A DNA stretch of 64,000 bases from Lama glama (Eukaryota): contig CM052832.1 in NCBI GenBank assembly GCA_028534125.1, forward strand, positions 11,966,001-12,030,000. The letters are read 5' to 3'. Shown piece after piece: positions 1-13,470 of the stretch (within the stretch, counting starts at the first letter, position 1; every line of letters starts with the position of its first letter). A program made the position numbers and the translations under genes. The notes beneath the pieces are model-generated. The model ran no database searches. It was given only the letters and a program-made list of their open reading frames with translations, and had not been told where the DNA came from.

Positions 1-205
1 GCGGACCAGTTGCTAGGTGACGCCAGAGCGCAGAGGCGCGTGCGCGGCCACGGCGGTGTGCGTGAGGGCGGGCGCGCGCCGCGGCGGCGGCGGCGAGGAC
101 GGCGGCGTCGGCTGCGGCCGAGGGGGCGGTGGCTACGAGCGGGGCGCGGAGCAGGCGGAAGTGGTGTCTGTGCCGGCGGCTAGGTCGCAGAGGAACATCG
201 TCGGG
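1..205 (+). other. BTBD9: BTBD9 non-coding exon 1 (5' UTR; exact TSS not determinable)
   Basis: Strong donor GGG|GTGAGT (GT at 206-207) inside the CpG island. No ATG upstream of it. Short (GGC)n run at ~80-95. Confidence 0.8.
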
Positions 206-760
206 GTGAGTAACCCCGGCCTCGCCGGGGAGGTGGGGCCTGGCCGCACCTGCTGCTCGGGCCCGGGGCGCGGTGACGCGCGCCCCTCCACGCCCCTCGG
301 CCGTTTTCTCCGAGGGCGGGGAAGGAGCAGGGACGGGGGCTGACGAGGGTCAGTTTCTGGGCGCGGGCGCCCCGGGAAGCGGCAGTGAGGGGCAGGCGAG
401 AGCGCTCTAGTCCTAGAAGTTGTCGTGGGAAGGAGGCGTCTGGGGGTCTCGGCGTGGCTCTGTCAGGCCCCCGGACGGAGGAGTCGGGATCCGGAGAAGC
501 TAGGGTTCCCAGAGCAGTCTCGCGTCCTGCCTGAGACGAGGCTGCGCGAGACTGAGACGAGGCGGAACCGGGGACGCCGTGGTTGGGGTTGGGAAAGTTT
601 GGCACTGCTGGGGCCTTCAACGCCCCTGCCCTGGCGGGGCTCCGAGGAGGTGCTGGTTGTTATGGAGAGGGTTGTGAATCAGTGCCTGTGTGCGGCGTCA
701 GACACACCCACGACCTGGGGAAGGCGGTCTCTCAGTTGTAGAGAGGGGGCGACCAACCTG
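1..760 (+). promoter_or_regulatory. BTBD9: CpG island promoter of BTBD9
   Basis: Very GC- and CpG-rich against an AT-rich background. Contains an RFX X-box-like GTTGCTAGGTGAC (9-21), NRF1-like GCGCGTGCGC (36-45), GC boxes and ETS/GABP GCGGAAGTG (155-163). Confidence 0.9.
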
Positions 761-2654
761 TTGCCTAGAGCTTCTAACTTCACGTGTGTGTGTGTGCACG
801 TGCTTAATGCACGCACAAAACTTTGTTGGCCCTAAGCATTTTATCGCATCGTTGCTACAGATTTTGAGGCGGAGAGGCGGATAGTCATCCTCAGCTTTTC
901 CTCATAAACTCAAATCAGCTGTTTAATTTCCCCCAAACCACGTTGTGCTTCTGTCATTATTAGGGCCAAGGAAGAACGGAGGCACTGGTTCTTATTTTCC
1001 CTTAAAAGTAGTACAGGCTTGTTCTTTACTAGGCAGAAAATGCAGATTCTGTTCAACGAATTGATAATGGGACACACCTGAATGTAGAAGTGCAGCAAAT
1101 CATCAGCCCAGTACTTTCTCAGTGCGGTGGACTCCCTCGTGGGTAGATGTATGGTAGTTGCAGCGACCATCCTTGGGAGAAGGGAGTATTGGAAGTAGGA
1201 AAGAAGTTAGTCTTTTCTGATCGTTGATGAAGGCATTGCCTAGAACTGGTAGATAGACTATACTGAAATTTCATCATGATTTGTGCAAGACAATTTTTCA
1301 TTCAGCTCTAAAACTGTGATTTAGTTTCATAACTGAGGATCTGTAAAGTATGTTGCTTGAGGTTCTTACATCTTGGAACCAGTAATAACTTTGCTCAGTA
1401 ACTTTAGAATACTCGAAATTCACTATCTCTGGACTATAATAGCTTTTAGGACAGGAATCATGTTTGTTTTCTTCAGGGCCATATCTCCAGCACCTACAAA
1501 AGTCTTGTCACAGAGGAGGCACGCAAGAGAGATTTATTACATACGACACTGTGGAAAAGCCGTGTCAGTGTATAGCAAGCATTTAGTTCACTCCTTCAAG
1601 TAGTTAATACATGTGCCCCCCATGCCCAATATTATGTTACATATGGGAGGGGGATTGTGGGATTACAAATGATATAAGAGACCTGGATTTTTTCCTTTAA
1701 GAGCAGTCTAGCTGTGAATATAAAGCATATTATATAAAACAGTTATGAAACCAAATGAGGTAGTATGTAAACAGGTGCTATGTGAGGTGCTGTACTTTAG
1801 TACTAAAATTTAGAAAAGATAAGACTTGTGGGCACTGTTAGTGAACCCTTTGGAAGAGGTAAGATTTGATCTGGTCTTCGAAAGAAGTGTAAAATTTCTA
1901 TTGGAGAAAAGTCATGTTGAGAAAATAGACTGAATTTGGTCATTGTGGGGTTGAGGGTTATATTGAGGAGACTTAACAGGCCCCATGAATAAAGCATAAA
2001 GTCGGGAAAATTGGAGAGTGAAGGATTAGTAGGTTAAGAAGGGTGAGTGTTAAGACTAATGAAGACTAATCAGCATCCTACTGATAACAGCTGCTTGCTA
2101 GGAGGGATGGAGTTGTGTTACTCAGAGTAGAGTGTTAAACAAGTGTCATCCTTACTGAAAATGAAACGAGATTATATTTGAACCAGAATCAGGTGGTTGT
2201 ATACCTCTGATTTCAGTTACTAATTTGAACCAATGCCTCACTAATGTGTGTTTATCTTATATATTTAGTCAGCAGCGCATGTCCTCATTTCTAAAATCTA
2301 CTTGATGTGCTTGGGCTGTTCCATTGGAAATTTACTGAAATAATGTACCCAAAGCAATTATCCAGCCACTCTCAGCGACACAGTTTTGCTTGGGATTATC
2401 TCTTATACTGGACTGTGAGGTTTATAGTTACTGCTCATCCTGTAAAATATACAAATAATACTAGCTGGGAAAGGAGTCTATTTGAAGAGGGATACTCAAA
2501 AATATTAACAAAAAGGTTTGAGAAAGTTAAAGATGCTGCTGCTGAATATTGAACCTTTAGTCTTTATCTTTTGTTGTTATGTGAGCATTCTTTTGAGTGT
2601 TGCGTAAACCTGAAGTTGAAATGCTAACCTGTGTAGTGTTGCAATACCAAGTGT

Positions 2655-3570
2655 TGCATTATTTAACAGCTCAGCAAATATTTATTGGGTGCTGGCTCTA
2701 GTAAGCACTGTGTTGGGTGCCGGAAAGGCAAATAAGACACATTATATTTGAGATACTAAGTGTTCAGCAGAGGAGACAAATCACTAATCATAATGTTATA
2801 AGAGTTCACCACTTTTGGAATAAATAAAATGCTAAAGATTACTTTGGCTGGGGAGGAAATTGGTAGAGTCAGGGAAAACTTTAAAGAGAAGAGGGTGTAA
2901 ATTAGCCCTGAAAGTTAAGTAGTATTTTGCCACATGTAAAACGGAAAACAGTCATTCCAGGCAGAGGGGAGAGCATAAACAAAGTTGCCAAAGATTAAAA
3001 TTGAAAGAGATTTTTGGAAAACTGTGAATTGTTTCTTTTACGCTTATTGTATGGCAGAAGTGATGAGACGGGAAAGGTATGGTAGGCGCCAAATTATGAG
3101 GAGGTCTTCTATTCCATTCTAAAAATCCTAGACTTCCTCCTTCCAGTCCTATCCCCATGTTGGCCATGGAGAGCACTGGAAGGTAGAATCAGACCAGAAA
3201 GTTAATTGGCAGTTCATATGCAGAATTGCATTAGAGTGGAGAGGCAAGGACACCAGTTAGGATGTAGGTGAGAGATGCTGGGAGCCTGAAAAGGGACAAT
3301 GGGAATGGATGGATTGTAGAAATATTTTAGATGTTAAAATCTTTCAATGTTATGAACAGCTAGAGGTGAGAGAGAGTGAGAAGTCAAGGGTGACATGTCA
3401 AATTTGAATAACTGGTGATTATGAGGACATTAAATTAGAAAACACAAAAGGAGGAACAGATTTACAGTGGAGGGAAGAAATGATGGTATGTCAATTTTAA
3501 GGCCCCTGTGTGGAGTTTAGAGAGGTCCATTAGGTAGTTGGAAATTCTACTCCAGGGTTCATGAGACGTT
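2655..3570 (-). mobile_element. L2 fragment
   Basis: cagcaaatatttattgggtgc...cattccaggcagaggg...gtcaagggtgac; purine-rich antisense L2. Confidence 0.7.
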
Positions 3571-3635
3571 TAGGAATAATTGTAATGTAACTGACAGCCC
3601 CCAAGGGTATGGAAGTAGTACCATTCTAGGAGTTA

Positions 3636-3872
3636 GTATAGTAGTTAATGCTGTGGATTTTGGAGTTAGGAAAACTTGATGTCACATCTCCGTTATGCCA
3701 CTCTGTTATTGGTTGGGTTGGGTGACCTTGGGCAAGTTATTTAGCATCTCTAAATCTAAGTTTCTTCTGAAAAGTGGGTTAATAATACTTTTAAGAATTG
3801 TGGAGATTAAGATAGAATGTGAACAGTCAGAACAGTGCCTGATAAATGCTTAATAAATGACAGCTGTTGCTA
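3636..3872 (+). mobile_element. MIR SINE
   Basis: Core gtgaccttgggcaagttattta; 3' end agaacagtgcctg...taataaatg. Confidence 0.8.
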
Positions 3873-3986
3873 TTGTAAATTATGTTGTAGAGGTAGTAGA
3901 AGATATTCCTACCCAGAAAAGTAAAGAGTGAGAACTAGAAGGACAAGGAGTAGAACTTTGGAAATCAGTACTTAGATCAAACTTAG

Positions 3987-4173
3987 ATGGGCTTTCAAAC
4001 TTGAGCATGCATCAAGAATAACCTAGAGGCTTTGGTAAAACACAACTTTCTGAGCCCCTCTCCCAAAGTTTCTGATTCAGTAGGTCTGGGTGGAGCTCGA
4101 GAATCTGCCTTTTGAGCAAATTCTCAGGTGATGCTTATGCTGTTACTCCAGGACCACACTTTGAGAACCACTG
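3987..4173. mobile_element. MER5A (hAT-Charlie)
   Basis: gtttctgattcagtaggtctggggtgg...caggtgatgc...ggaccacactttgagaaccactg. Confidence 0.85.
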
Positions 4174-4509
4174 ATTTAGAGGGTATATGAAAGAAGAGGA
4201 ACCAGCATAGAGGCTGGCAAAGAGATTGAGGATGATGGAGAACCAAGAGAGAGTTTGGAGACGGATGAGAAAGTAATAGCCTACAGATTCTCTAGATCTG
4301 CCAGTCTGCCTTCCAGTTCCGTGCACCTCATCTCATGCTTATTTCTCTCTTCTCCAGAATTTGGTATATTGCTTGGCATATAGCATTGTTTGAATGAACC
4401 TTTGAAGTTTCTTATTACCATCCTTGTGCATGACTGCACGTACTCATACACAGATTTGAGATTCATCCTTTTAGATCTCTGCTGGGTCACAGAGAAGGTA
4501 CTGTTTCTA

Positions 4510-4514
<5 letters not shown>

Positions 4515-4556
<42 letters not shown>

Positions 4557-4560
4557 ACAC
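4515..4560. repeat. (AC)18 AT (AC)4 microsatellite
   Basis: Read directly from the sequence. Confidence 0.97.
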
Positions 4561-6460
4561 AAACACAGTAACTGCAGAAAATTTCTTTCCAATAGCTTTC
4601 AAATAGGTGCTTTGACTTTGTGTTAGATATTCTGCTTCCCTTTTTTTTTTTTTAATGTCAGGGAGTCCAGTTTGCAAAATAATTGTCAATACAAGTGTCA
4701 AATTACAATCTTTGGATCTTACATGTCTTATATACTGAGGACTTTTGGCATGTAGCACAAATGTTAGTCCTAATTTCTGATAGGAAGTGATTAGGGAGTT
4801 CTGCTGTACAAGGAAATCAAACAATAGTTGTATAAAGATATAAACACATTGTAAAGAGATCTCAGGAGTGAAACTGTAGCTTGATGACAGACTAGTTAAT
4901 TACCCACCACATTTCTTGGGCTCTTGTTCTCTCTCATTTATTCTTTCAGCTAGCGTTAAGTATTTACTCTGTGCCAGAAACTGTACAGAGTGATGCACAT
5001 AGAGAAATGATCATTGCTCCGGGTACCTAACACTGGCTTTAGTTAGGGGTGGATACTGTGTGAGTAAGTGTGCACATATCTTGTCAGGGAAAGATCTGAT
5101 GCCTGAATTTTACAATCTTAAGGCTATATTGATATGAGTAGACACCAAGGACTTGAAGATAAATTCACTCAGCCTTATGCATGTAAGGGGCCATGATAAA
5201 AGATAGAGGTATACAGAAAGTTTTTTAAAGCAGTCAGAGGATATGTAGCTTGGTAGAGGAAAAAAAACAGTTACTACACAGAATATGTATAACTTAATAT
5301 GTAGAATATAATAAGTGCTATATGAATATTGATCACAGTCTAGATTCTCTAACACTTGTTGAGTACCTGAGTGTTCGATTTTGGTATCAACTCACAAGCT
5401 ATTATAATGTTCCAGAAATTATAACATGTCGTAAATCCACATTAATCTCCTGGGCTACCTTTTAGATCTTTATATGATAGCAAAAATATTCTGGCAGTCT
5501 GTGTCCTTTTTTTTTTTTTTGGTTTGGGAAATATAGTGCATATAAGCAAAGAGGTCATTTGACAACTAGATACAGTATATCGAGTGGCTACATTGTAGTA
5601 GGCCTTTATTTTGAATGTCATTTAATCCTTATAATAACAACCTTGTAAATGGTGTATTATCTTCATTTTACTGATAAGGCAGCTGGGCTTCCGAGGGGGG
5701 AGCACAGTCGGCCTGTGGTTTGTGGCCAGTGTGCCAGGGCAGGGCTTCAGCTCCAGGCTTGGTCTCCAGAGCCGGTGCTCTTCGTGTCAGCATGAGGACC
5801 TGGCATGCAGGTGTCCAAAAGGAGAGATCCTATCTTGTTTCTGCTCATTTGGGGAAGGTTGCTGGAGAAGTTAGAATTTTAATAATTACCTGAATGGAGA
5901 CAATTTGATAATATTGTTAAGGGTAGAGGGGAAAAGGACGTAGACAATTAAAGGCCCCAATGCTGATTCTCCTGTGAAAATATGCTATATTTGACCCCAA
6001 ATTTTTTAGTTCACTGAGAAGTTATTTTACATAAACATTCAGATTTCCCATTCTCTGTGTATAGGTATATTCTTCTAGAGGAAGAATTGTACTTTTCCAA
6101 GCTAATGGCATTTAAAGTAAATCCAGAACTCCTTTTTAAATCACTTAGTGAAAAATATCTTGCTGCTCAATGTAAACTATGTACTTGAGATTTCCCAGCT
6201 AATTTCCTCTCCACACCACTTTTTCCTTTCACCCATCCAAGTGTTTGTTTTTCAATCTTTTACAAGCTAAATACTTGTATGTATATTCTACTTAGGGTTT
6301 AATGTTCTTATTCTGATTTAATTTATCTCTTTGGATCCTATTTTATACATTCCTGGAAATATTGATTGCAGTTATCTTTGTAAAGCATAGTCGATTTCAT
6401 CTAATTCCACAATAAATTTAAAAAGATTATAATTATACAGATGTCTAAATATTAAACCTT

Positions 6461-6968
6461 ATATTAGTTACCTATTGCTATGTAACAAATTACCCCCCAA
6501 ATTTAGCACCTTAAAACTACAAACATTTCTTATCTAACAATATTTTTGGGTCAGGAATTCATTTGCAGCTTAACTGGGTGATTCTGGCCCAGAATCTCTG
6601 GTGGGTTGCAGTCAAGCTGTGACCAGCCCTGCAGCAGTTGTCTGAAGGCCTGATTGGGGCTGGAGGATCTGCTTCCAGGATGGCTGCCTCACATGGCTGT
6701 TGGCACAGAGGCCTTAGGTCTTTCTAAGGCTATTTGAGTGTCCTTACAACGTGTCAGCTGGCTTCACCAAGAGCAAATGATGCAAGAGAGAGCAGGGAGG
6801 AAAGCACATGCCTCACGTGTCCTACCTTGACTATACACACTGCCGCTTCGATATATTCTATTTGTAATAAGTGAGTCACTTAGTCCAGCCCACACTCAAG
6901 TGAAGGCTGTTAGGCTCCACGTTTTTGGGGGGATGTCAAGGAATTTATAGACATATTTTAAAACAACC
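6461..6968 (-). mobile_element. MaLR LTR (MLT1 family)
   Basis: Starts atattagttacctattgctatgtaacaaattacccc; internal ggggctggaggatctgcttccaggatggct; ccagcccacactcaag. Confidence 0.85.
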
Positions 6969-9900
6969 AGAAATCCTTTGTCATATAAAGTCATTTCCTT
7001 GGCTGAAATTGTCTCTGTTGTAGCACATGCTGTAATTTTTCTGGCTTGTGTATTCACAGTATTTTCTGGAATGCTCTGAAGAAAAGGTAGTGAGTGGTTT
7101 TTAAAATATAAAGCAAGTTTTCATAAGTGACAGATTTGTTGGTGATTTCTTAAAGTTTTGCATCTATTTCATTAGCTTTAGTTCCAGTACAGCTGGAATC
7201 TTTTCACTTTTATTCTATTTTATGCATTTATCCTTATATAACTTCATTTACATTTATTTAATAGTTTTCATAATTAACCTCAAATAAAATCAACCATTTC
7301 TAGATAAATTATCTTCCAAACTATTAGAAGGAAGTACTTGCCTAATCAGTGTCTAAAGGCACACATTGTAACTTCCATAGAGCACAGACTTGAGGTTACA
7401 TGATGAGTAACAGATAAGTCTGTTAACTTATATTAAAGTTCTCTGGGTACTTTAGAAACTCTTCTTCAATAAGGTCGTAAAGTGGGTCCATTTAATTCCA
7501 AATCTCATTCTTTAGAAGGTGTATATAGAAGATAACTGATTTAGTCAGGTAACCTTGTCAGAACATGTCACAGTTTGGTTCATATTTTGAGACTGTTTCT
7601 TTAGATGTTAACTAAATCTGGAATTCACCACCCCTACCCTCAACAAGTATTAATTATCTGCTTACTTTTTTCTTCTAACTTTTTCTTTTAACCTAACTTT
7701 AGACAAAAGAATTCTCATATAACCTTCACCATATTCCCCCCAATATTAACATTCTTATGTATCTTTTCAGAAATACACCCTGTGTATATGGCATATGCCC
7801 ATGTTTATTCTCAAATATAAATGTCACCCACCATATGACTGTACTGCGGCTTGCTTTTTTCTCATACCTTGGAGGCTATTCCATGTCAGTACACGAAAAG
7901 GTGCCTCATTCTCTTTAGCAGCTGGGTAATATTCCATTGTATGGATGTTGTCAAGGAAAATTGTGAAAAACTATGAAATGGGCACAGAAGATTACTGACT
8001 GTCCTATCTATTGCACTCTTTTAGGTCATCTGCACCTTTCATTGTCTTTGAGCTATTTTACAACTTTGTAAGTTGCAGAAAACTGATTGTAATGCAGATG
8101 AGTCTTGTCCATAGAAATACAAATGAATTTGTTGAGTGGAATGTAATTGAGTATTGTCCTGGAGATGCTGAGCATCTATTTGTAAAGCAGTTTCAGCATT
8201 CCAGATGGCCTGTGTATATGTACGTGTGTTCTTTGACTTCTCTTTTGGACTGATTATATTATCTTACTGGCTGCTTCATTAATTGATGAGTTAAAATCTT
8301 TGACATGTTTTATATTTGTATGATTTTACTTTTTTAAAAGTGGCCTTTTGACAGATATAGCAACTCCCTTTTTGATGGGCATTTTATTTCTTTATAAAGC
8401 AGCTCTTTCCAATTTTAGACAGTTGTAATCACTAGAAAAATCTGTGCTCTCCTGAAGCAGTACTTTGTGGTGATTTGCCAAGGGGATTAATGGATGAGGC
8501 AGTTTTGATAATTTTCCCATCAAATATTATGACTGTCTTCAAGGAGTTTGTAGCCTACTGGAGGAGGAGTAAAAGTAATATCAGATGATTAATAGCAGGG
8601 ATGTTGTGTAAACTCCAAAGGAGAGCAAAGTTCAACTTTCCCTAGGGGAACTTGCATGGACTTGCTTTCCTTACGACTTGTGTTTTTTCCCATAGACACC
8701 TCGTCTGTGCTAGCTGAAGCAGAACCAGACATCTCTCTCCTTGGGAAGCTGGGTGCCAGTGTTTCTGTTTTTAGTGCTGACTGTGGAATCAGTCAAGTCT
8801 TGGGGACTCAAATGGAAACCCGTGGCTCCAGTTACCAGCAGATGGTGGCATTAGCAAGAGAATATAGTGGAGTCACATAGCTAGGGTGATGGTGGGGTTA
8901 GTGGTGGTATTCTAAAGTCAAGACAGAGTGTAAAAATCAAGTACTGTCAAAATTTTCTTTGGAAGATCCTTAAATGCCTACAAAGTACCATGTCATGGTT
9001 TTCTTAATACATGCACATCCCAACATAAGCTAATTTGGATTATGAGAATTTAATTTCACTAGAAGTTTGATTTGACATTCCTAATTTTTCTTAACAACAC
9101 CTCACTTCATGAGTGCCACCATTATTAAGCAATTCCTGACCTGCCTCAAAAGTCCCTCTATGAAGCTATTTTTGCAGTTAAGTAATTGGTGGCTTGGTAT
9201 AGTTCTCTCTGATACTTGTTTTGCTGTTGTGTAGTAGTCATAATCTTGTGTATATTTTGCATTGTGTTCACTGATTTCTTCACTCTCTCTATGGCCTGTC
9301 AAACCTCCATTACACATTTAATTCCCTAAACCTTAACAAATATACACTTTGTTAACTACTGAAGTAATTGTGTACCATTTATTTCAGGGGTTATCAAACT
9401 GTTTTGATGTATAGAAATCACCTATTGAGTTTTTAAAGGAAAGGTTAATGGTTAATTCTCCTAGGCAGGATAACTCTATTCTGCCACTTTTCTACCTCTC
9501 GTCTCTAGAGCCTTCAATTAATTCTTCGCCGCCTCCACACATATGTCAGTAGTTGAGAGACTTCTAAAGTCACTCTTACCTTCTGTTTCAGGCTTGATTA
9601 TAGCAAGGAGCATACAGTCATTGAGTGGAGTGATGGGGAGCTCTCACTGTTCCTAACTCCTCCTTCTGGAAATACAGTTGAATTCACATAAGTTAAATTT
9701 GAGTATGTGGTGACTCCTTTGTGGTAAGAATTGGCCTAATTCAAGTGGAATTGGGGAAGAGATTCCCAGGTGACTTTCTTTCCTCTGTCTGTTTAATACA
9801 CCTGGGGAGACATTTTAATAAGCTCTGATGTTCAGAGAAGGCTTCCTGGTGAACGTAACACTTCTCATTAGGCCTGAAGAAAAAGGCCTTACTTATGCTG

Positions 9901-10112
9901 GGAGTGAAAGGAATATGTATTTTTGACTAAGTGTGTCACAGTAAGTAGTTACTAAATTCAGCGTTGCTAAGCATAAAGTTAAGAGGCAGGAGGACATTCT
10001 TATAGAGGAGCCTGGAGTGGTAAGCAAGGGTCAATTCAAGGAAGGGCCGTGTATGCACTGTGAACTTGTATACCAGCCCGGTGATCATTACAAGTTTATT
10101 AATATGATCACT

Positions 10113-10305
10113 AATAACTACCATTTGTTAAGCACTTACTATATACCAGGAACTGTATTATGTGCTTTATAGTTGTTTTCTCATTTTATCCTCTGGGATA
10201 TTCACGAATAAAAATATGGAGGTACAGAGAAGTTGAGTGACTGTTTCAAGGCCATGTCTGATGAGTACAGAGAGTGGATCCCAAAGTGCAGAGATCTGAT
10301 TCCAG
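10113..10305 (-). mobile_element. MIR SINE
   Basis: accatttgttaagcacttactatataccagg...gaggtacagagaagttgagtgact. Confidence 0.7.
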
Positions 10306-10309
10306 GGCC

Positions 10310-11260
10310 TTTTAATGGGAGAATTATTTAAAAAGTGTTCAGCAGGAGAGTAGTGTGATTATATATTTATTTTAGATTGACTATTCTGTAAGCCGGGTGG
10401 AGGTGAAATTGAGTGGAGAGGGAGAGAATGGGAGGCAGGGAGATAGTTGGGAAGCTGTTGAAGTAATCAGGGTAAGAGATTGATACCTGAACTAGAATAG
10501 AAGTTATTAAATAGGCACAGCAGAGATGAATTAAAGGGATATTTAGGAGGTAAAATTAGAAGATCTAACCACTTGATTAGATATGGTGGGATCAGGGAGA
10601 GGAAGGAGTCAAGGAAGACTTGCAGGTTTTTAGCATGGGTACTGTGTGGTGCTACCACATATTAAGATAAAGGACAGTGGAGGAGGATATGCGTTAAGAG
10701 AAGGTTAGTTCAGAAAAAAGAAAAAAGGTTATTTTTGTTTTGAGTATGTTGATTTGAGGTGTCAGTAGGGACATGCAGTATCATATTGTGACATATGACT
10801 GTACAAATCTGAAATTCAGAGGAGTGGTCTGGGCTAGAGACAGAGATATGGAAACTAGTAGGTGGTGGTTAAAACCAGAAGGGTAGATAGATAAAGGAAG
10901 CATGGCCCTGGGAAACACATCTCTTAAGGAGACAGTAGTTAAAGAAGAGACACATAAAGAAGAGACAGTAGTTAAAGAGGAGACTGTCACAGAGACTAAG
11001 GGTGTAGCATTTCAAGAAGGATGTGTTCAAGAGTGTCATGTGCTGCAGAGAGATCCAGGAAGGTAGGGATGGAAAGGTGAACCTCAGGAATTCCAAGGAA
11101 GAGGTTATTAATGGCCTTGGTAAGAACAGTTTAAGGAGAGTGGTGGGCTGATAGTGAGACTTTAGTGAATTCAGGAGTAAATTAGAGGTTAGAAAGAGGA
11201 GGCCAGGGTATAGATAATCTCGTGAAATGTTTGAATAAAAACTGAAAAAGGGATTAGAAA
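10310..11260 (-). mobile_element. L2 fragment
   Basis: gagtcaaggaagacttgcaggttttt, tgagtatgttgatttgaggtgtc, gagtgtcatgtgctgcagagagatcc. Confidence 0.75.
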
Positions 11261-12949
11261 GCATGCGTGAAGCACGGGGTTGGAAAAACTGGCCCTAAAC
11301 TCTGCGTACTGTCAACCTTGGGGAAGGTGATGTCGGCGCAGTCCAACAAATCGAAAGTCTTTGAAACCTTTGAGAACGTAGAAACAGTTCCTAAGGGTTG
11401 GAGTCAGCTGCTTCCTCTGTAGCCTCCCAGTAAGCCCTTCTGTTCCAGAATGGACTATATCTTTCCTCAGTTTGTTGTCAATGCAGTATATATGTCAGAA
11501 AATCATCACCAGTGTACACCATCCTAAATGATATTTTGGCTAAAAAAAAAAAAATGGTGGGAGAAATTGGTGGAGGATGCTCCGGGGAGGAAAGTGATAG
11601 TTATGGAGTGGCTGTTAAGTGTCAAGCATGTACTATGTCCTTCATGTGTTCAATTTTGTATTATTTCATTGCATCCTCATAACTACCTACCAAGGGTGTG
11701 GTTATGCCCATTTTCTGAATGAGGAGATTGAGAACCCATAGCCTTACCTCTCCTTATCTTATCCTGGGTTCTGCCACTGATGGCTGTGAGCTTGGATAGG
11801 CTTCTCAGTTTCCTCATCTGTAAAAAGCCAGGGCTGTGACCCTTAAATCCTTTCCAGCTCTACGGTTCTAGGAATCTGTAAATGGTTACTAATAGTGTTA
11901 CTATTTGGGCATTGAAAAAAGGCCATTTGGGGAGTTTCTCCCTCACAGTGAATTAATGACTTAATAGTAGCACTGTCAGGTCGTCCAGACTAAATAATTT
12001 ATTTTCCCATCACACAGTGAATACTCATCATATATGTGGCCTTAGAAGATTACTGTAAAATAAATCAAGTAAATAGGTTTGGTGACAGGCTCTCCATCAG
12101 TTGTTCCTAGCCTTGGGCATGTGGGCAAATAGCTACCTGCAAGACTGTGTGATGATTTTAAAGTGTGTTATAGGTTAAGCACTAAGTATTTTTATTAATT
12201 TAGGAGGTCCTTTGGCATGTGGCCTTTAAAAATTACATTATTATATTTCATAAATCTTGATTAAGGCTACAAAGTGTATTTACTATGGCCAGCTTCACAG
12301 CTGGGGTAAAATATTTTATAGTGTGTGTAATGAGCCACTAGATGATGGTGATTCTTTGTTCACATCTAAAAATTGAGAGCTAGGAAATAAATTAGAAGCT
12401 TTAAAAGTCTATTTAATTGTGAAAATTAATTTTAAGGAGCAGTATCCTGTGCCCAGTGAGTACTTAATAATTGAGGAGGAGGAGGGAAGAAAAAAAATTA
12501 TGAGACTTTCAAACCTTTTTAAGTCCATTTTGGAAAAAGGTTAGAATAAAAATACAATGCGAGTATGGTTTTCAAAGGCATCCTTTACAACATGATTCAT
12601 AGAGAAATAAAATTAGCAAGTAATAAGCATTTTAATATTAAATATTCTCCCAATTTGGAGCCAGTGTGTTCTAGGTACACTGATCCTGGCAAGCAGAGAT
12701 TATGATTATGGAATCTCCTCCCTTTGGAAAGCATTGTGAAAATTTATAAGGGGAATTTTGTTTTCTAATTTGGTTGAGATGCATGTTATTTTATTATAAA
12801 TTATTTTTAAAAGCCCTTCCTTATAGCTATTGTATTTTTATGTGATTAGTAGGTTCTAAATCTATGAATTTTATTATAGTACAGTAGGTAACATAACAAG
12901 ACTGTTTAGAAAGAAAAGTGGGCATTGGGTCTGATAGAATTGATGACCA

Positions 12950-13470
12950 CTATATTTGTTCTCTATTGATGTACCACAAACTTATAGCTTAAAACAATAG
13001 CCTTTCATTATCTCACAGCTTCTGCAGGTCAGAAGTCCAAGCATGATATAGCTCTATTCTTTGCTCTGGGTCTTACCAGGCTGAAATTGAAGTGTCTCTG
13101 GGGACTATAATCTCATCAGAGGCTTGAGGTCCTCTACCAAGCTCATTGGTTCTTGGCAGAATTCGATTCCTTGTGATTATATGACTGAGGTCCTCATTTT
13201 CTTGCTTGCTGTCAGCAGGGGTCCCTCTCAGCAACTAGAGGCCACCCTCAGGTCCTAACCACGTGACCTGCTCACAACCTGACAACTTACTTCTTCAGTG
13301 CCAGCAGAGGTATCTCTGCAGTCGACTGTAAGAGTCTTATGTAAAGTAGCCTACATTGAGTGACTAGTCCATATTCACAGGTACTGCCCACACTCGAGGG
13401 GAGGGGATTATACAGAGTACATGGGGAGGAGGAGGATCTTGGAGGAGCATCTTAGAATTCTGCCCCAACC
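12950..13470 (-). mobile_element. MaLR LTR (MLT1 family)
   Basis: accacaaacttatagcttaaaacaa...tctcacagcttctgcaggtcagaagtcc...gcatcttagaattctgcc. Confidence 0.82.

Noticed and set aside
1-205. Iron-responsive element in the 5' UTR (given the BTBD9 iron link), or an expanded GGC repeat
   Set aside because: No CAGUGN loop in visible exon 1, and the GGC run is only about 4-5 units.
17-884. ORFs of 64-146 aa in the CpG island
   Set aside because: Non-ATG starts (GTG/TTG) and Gly/Arg/Pro-rich translations expected from GC-rich DNA; some cross the exon 1 donor; no recognisable homology.
10781-11264. Minus-strand ORFs with repeated SSLTTVS
   Set aside because: They lie within an L2 relic; the repeat is a small local duplication of gagacagtagttaaaga.
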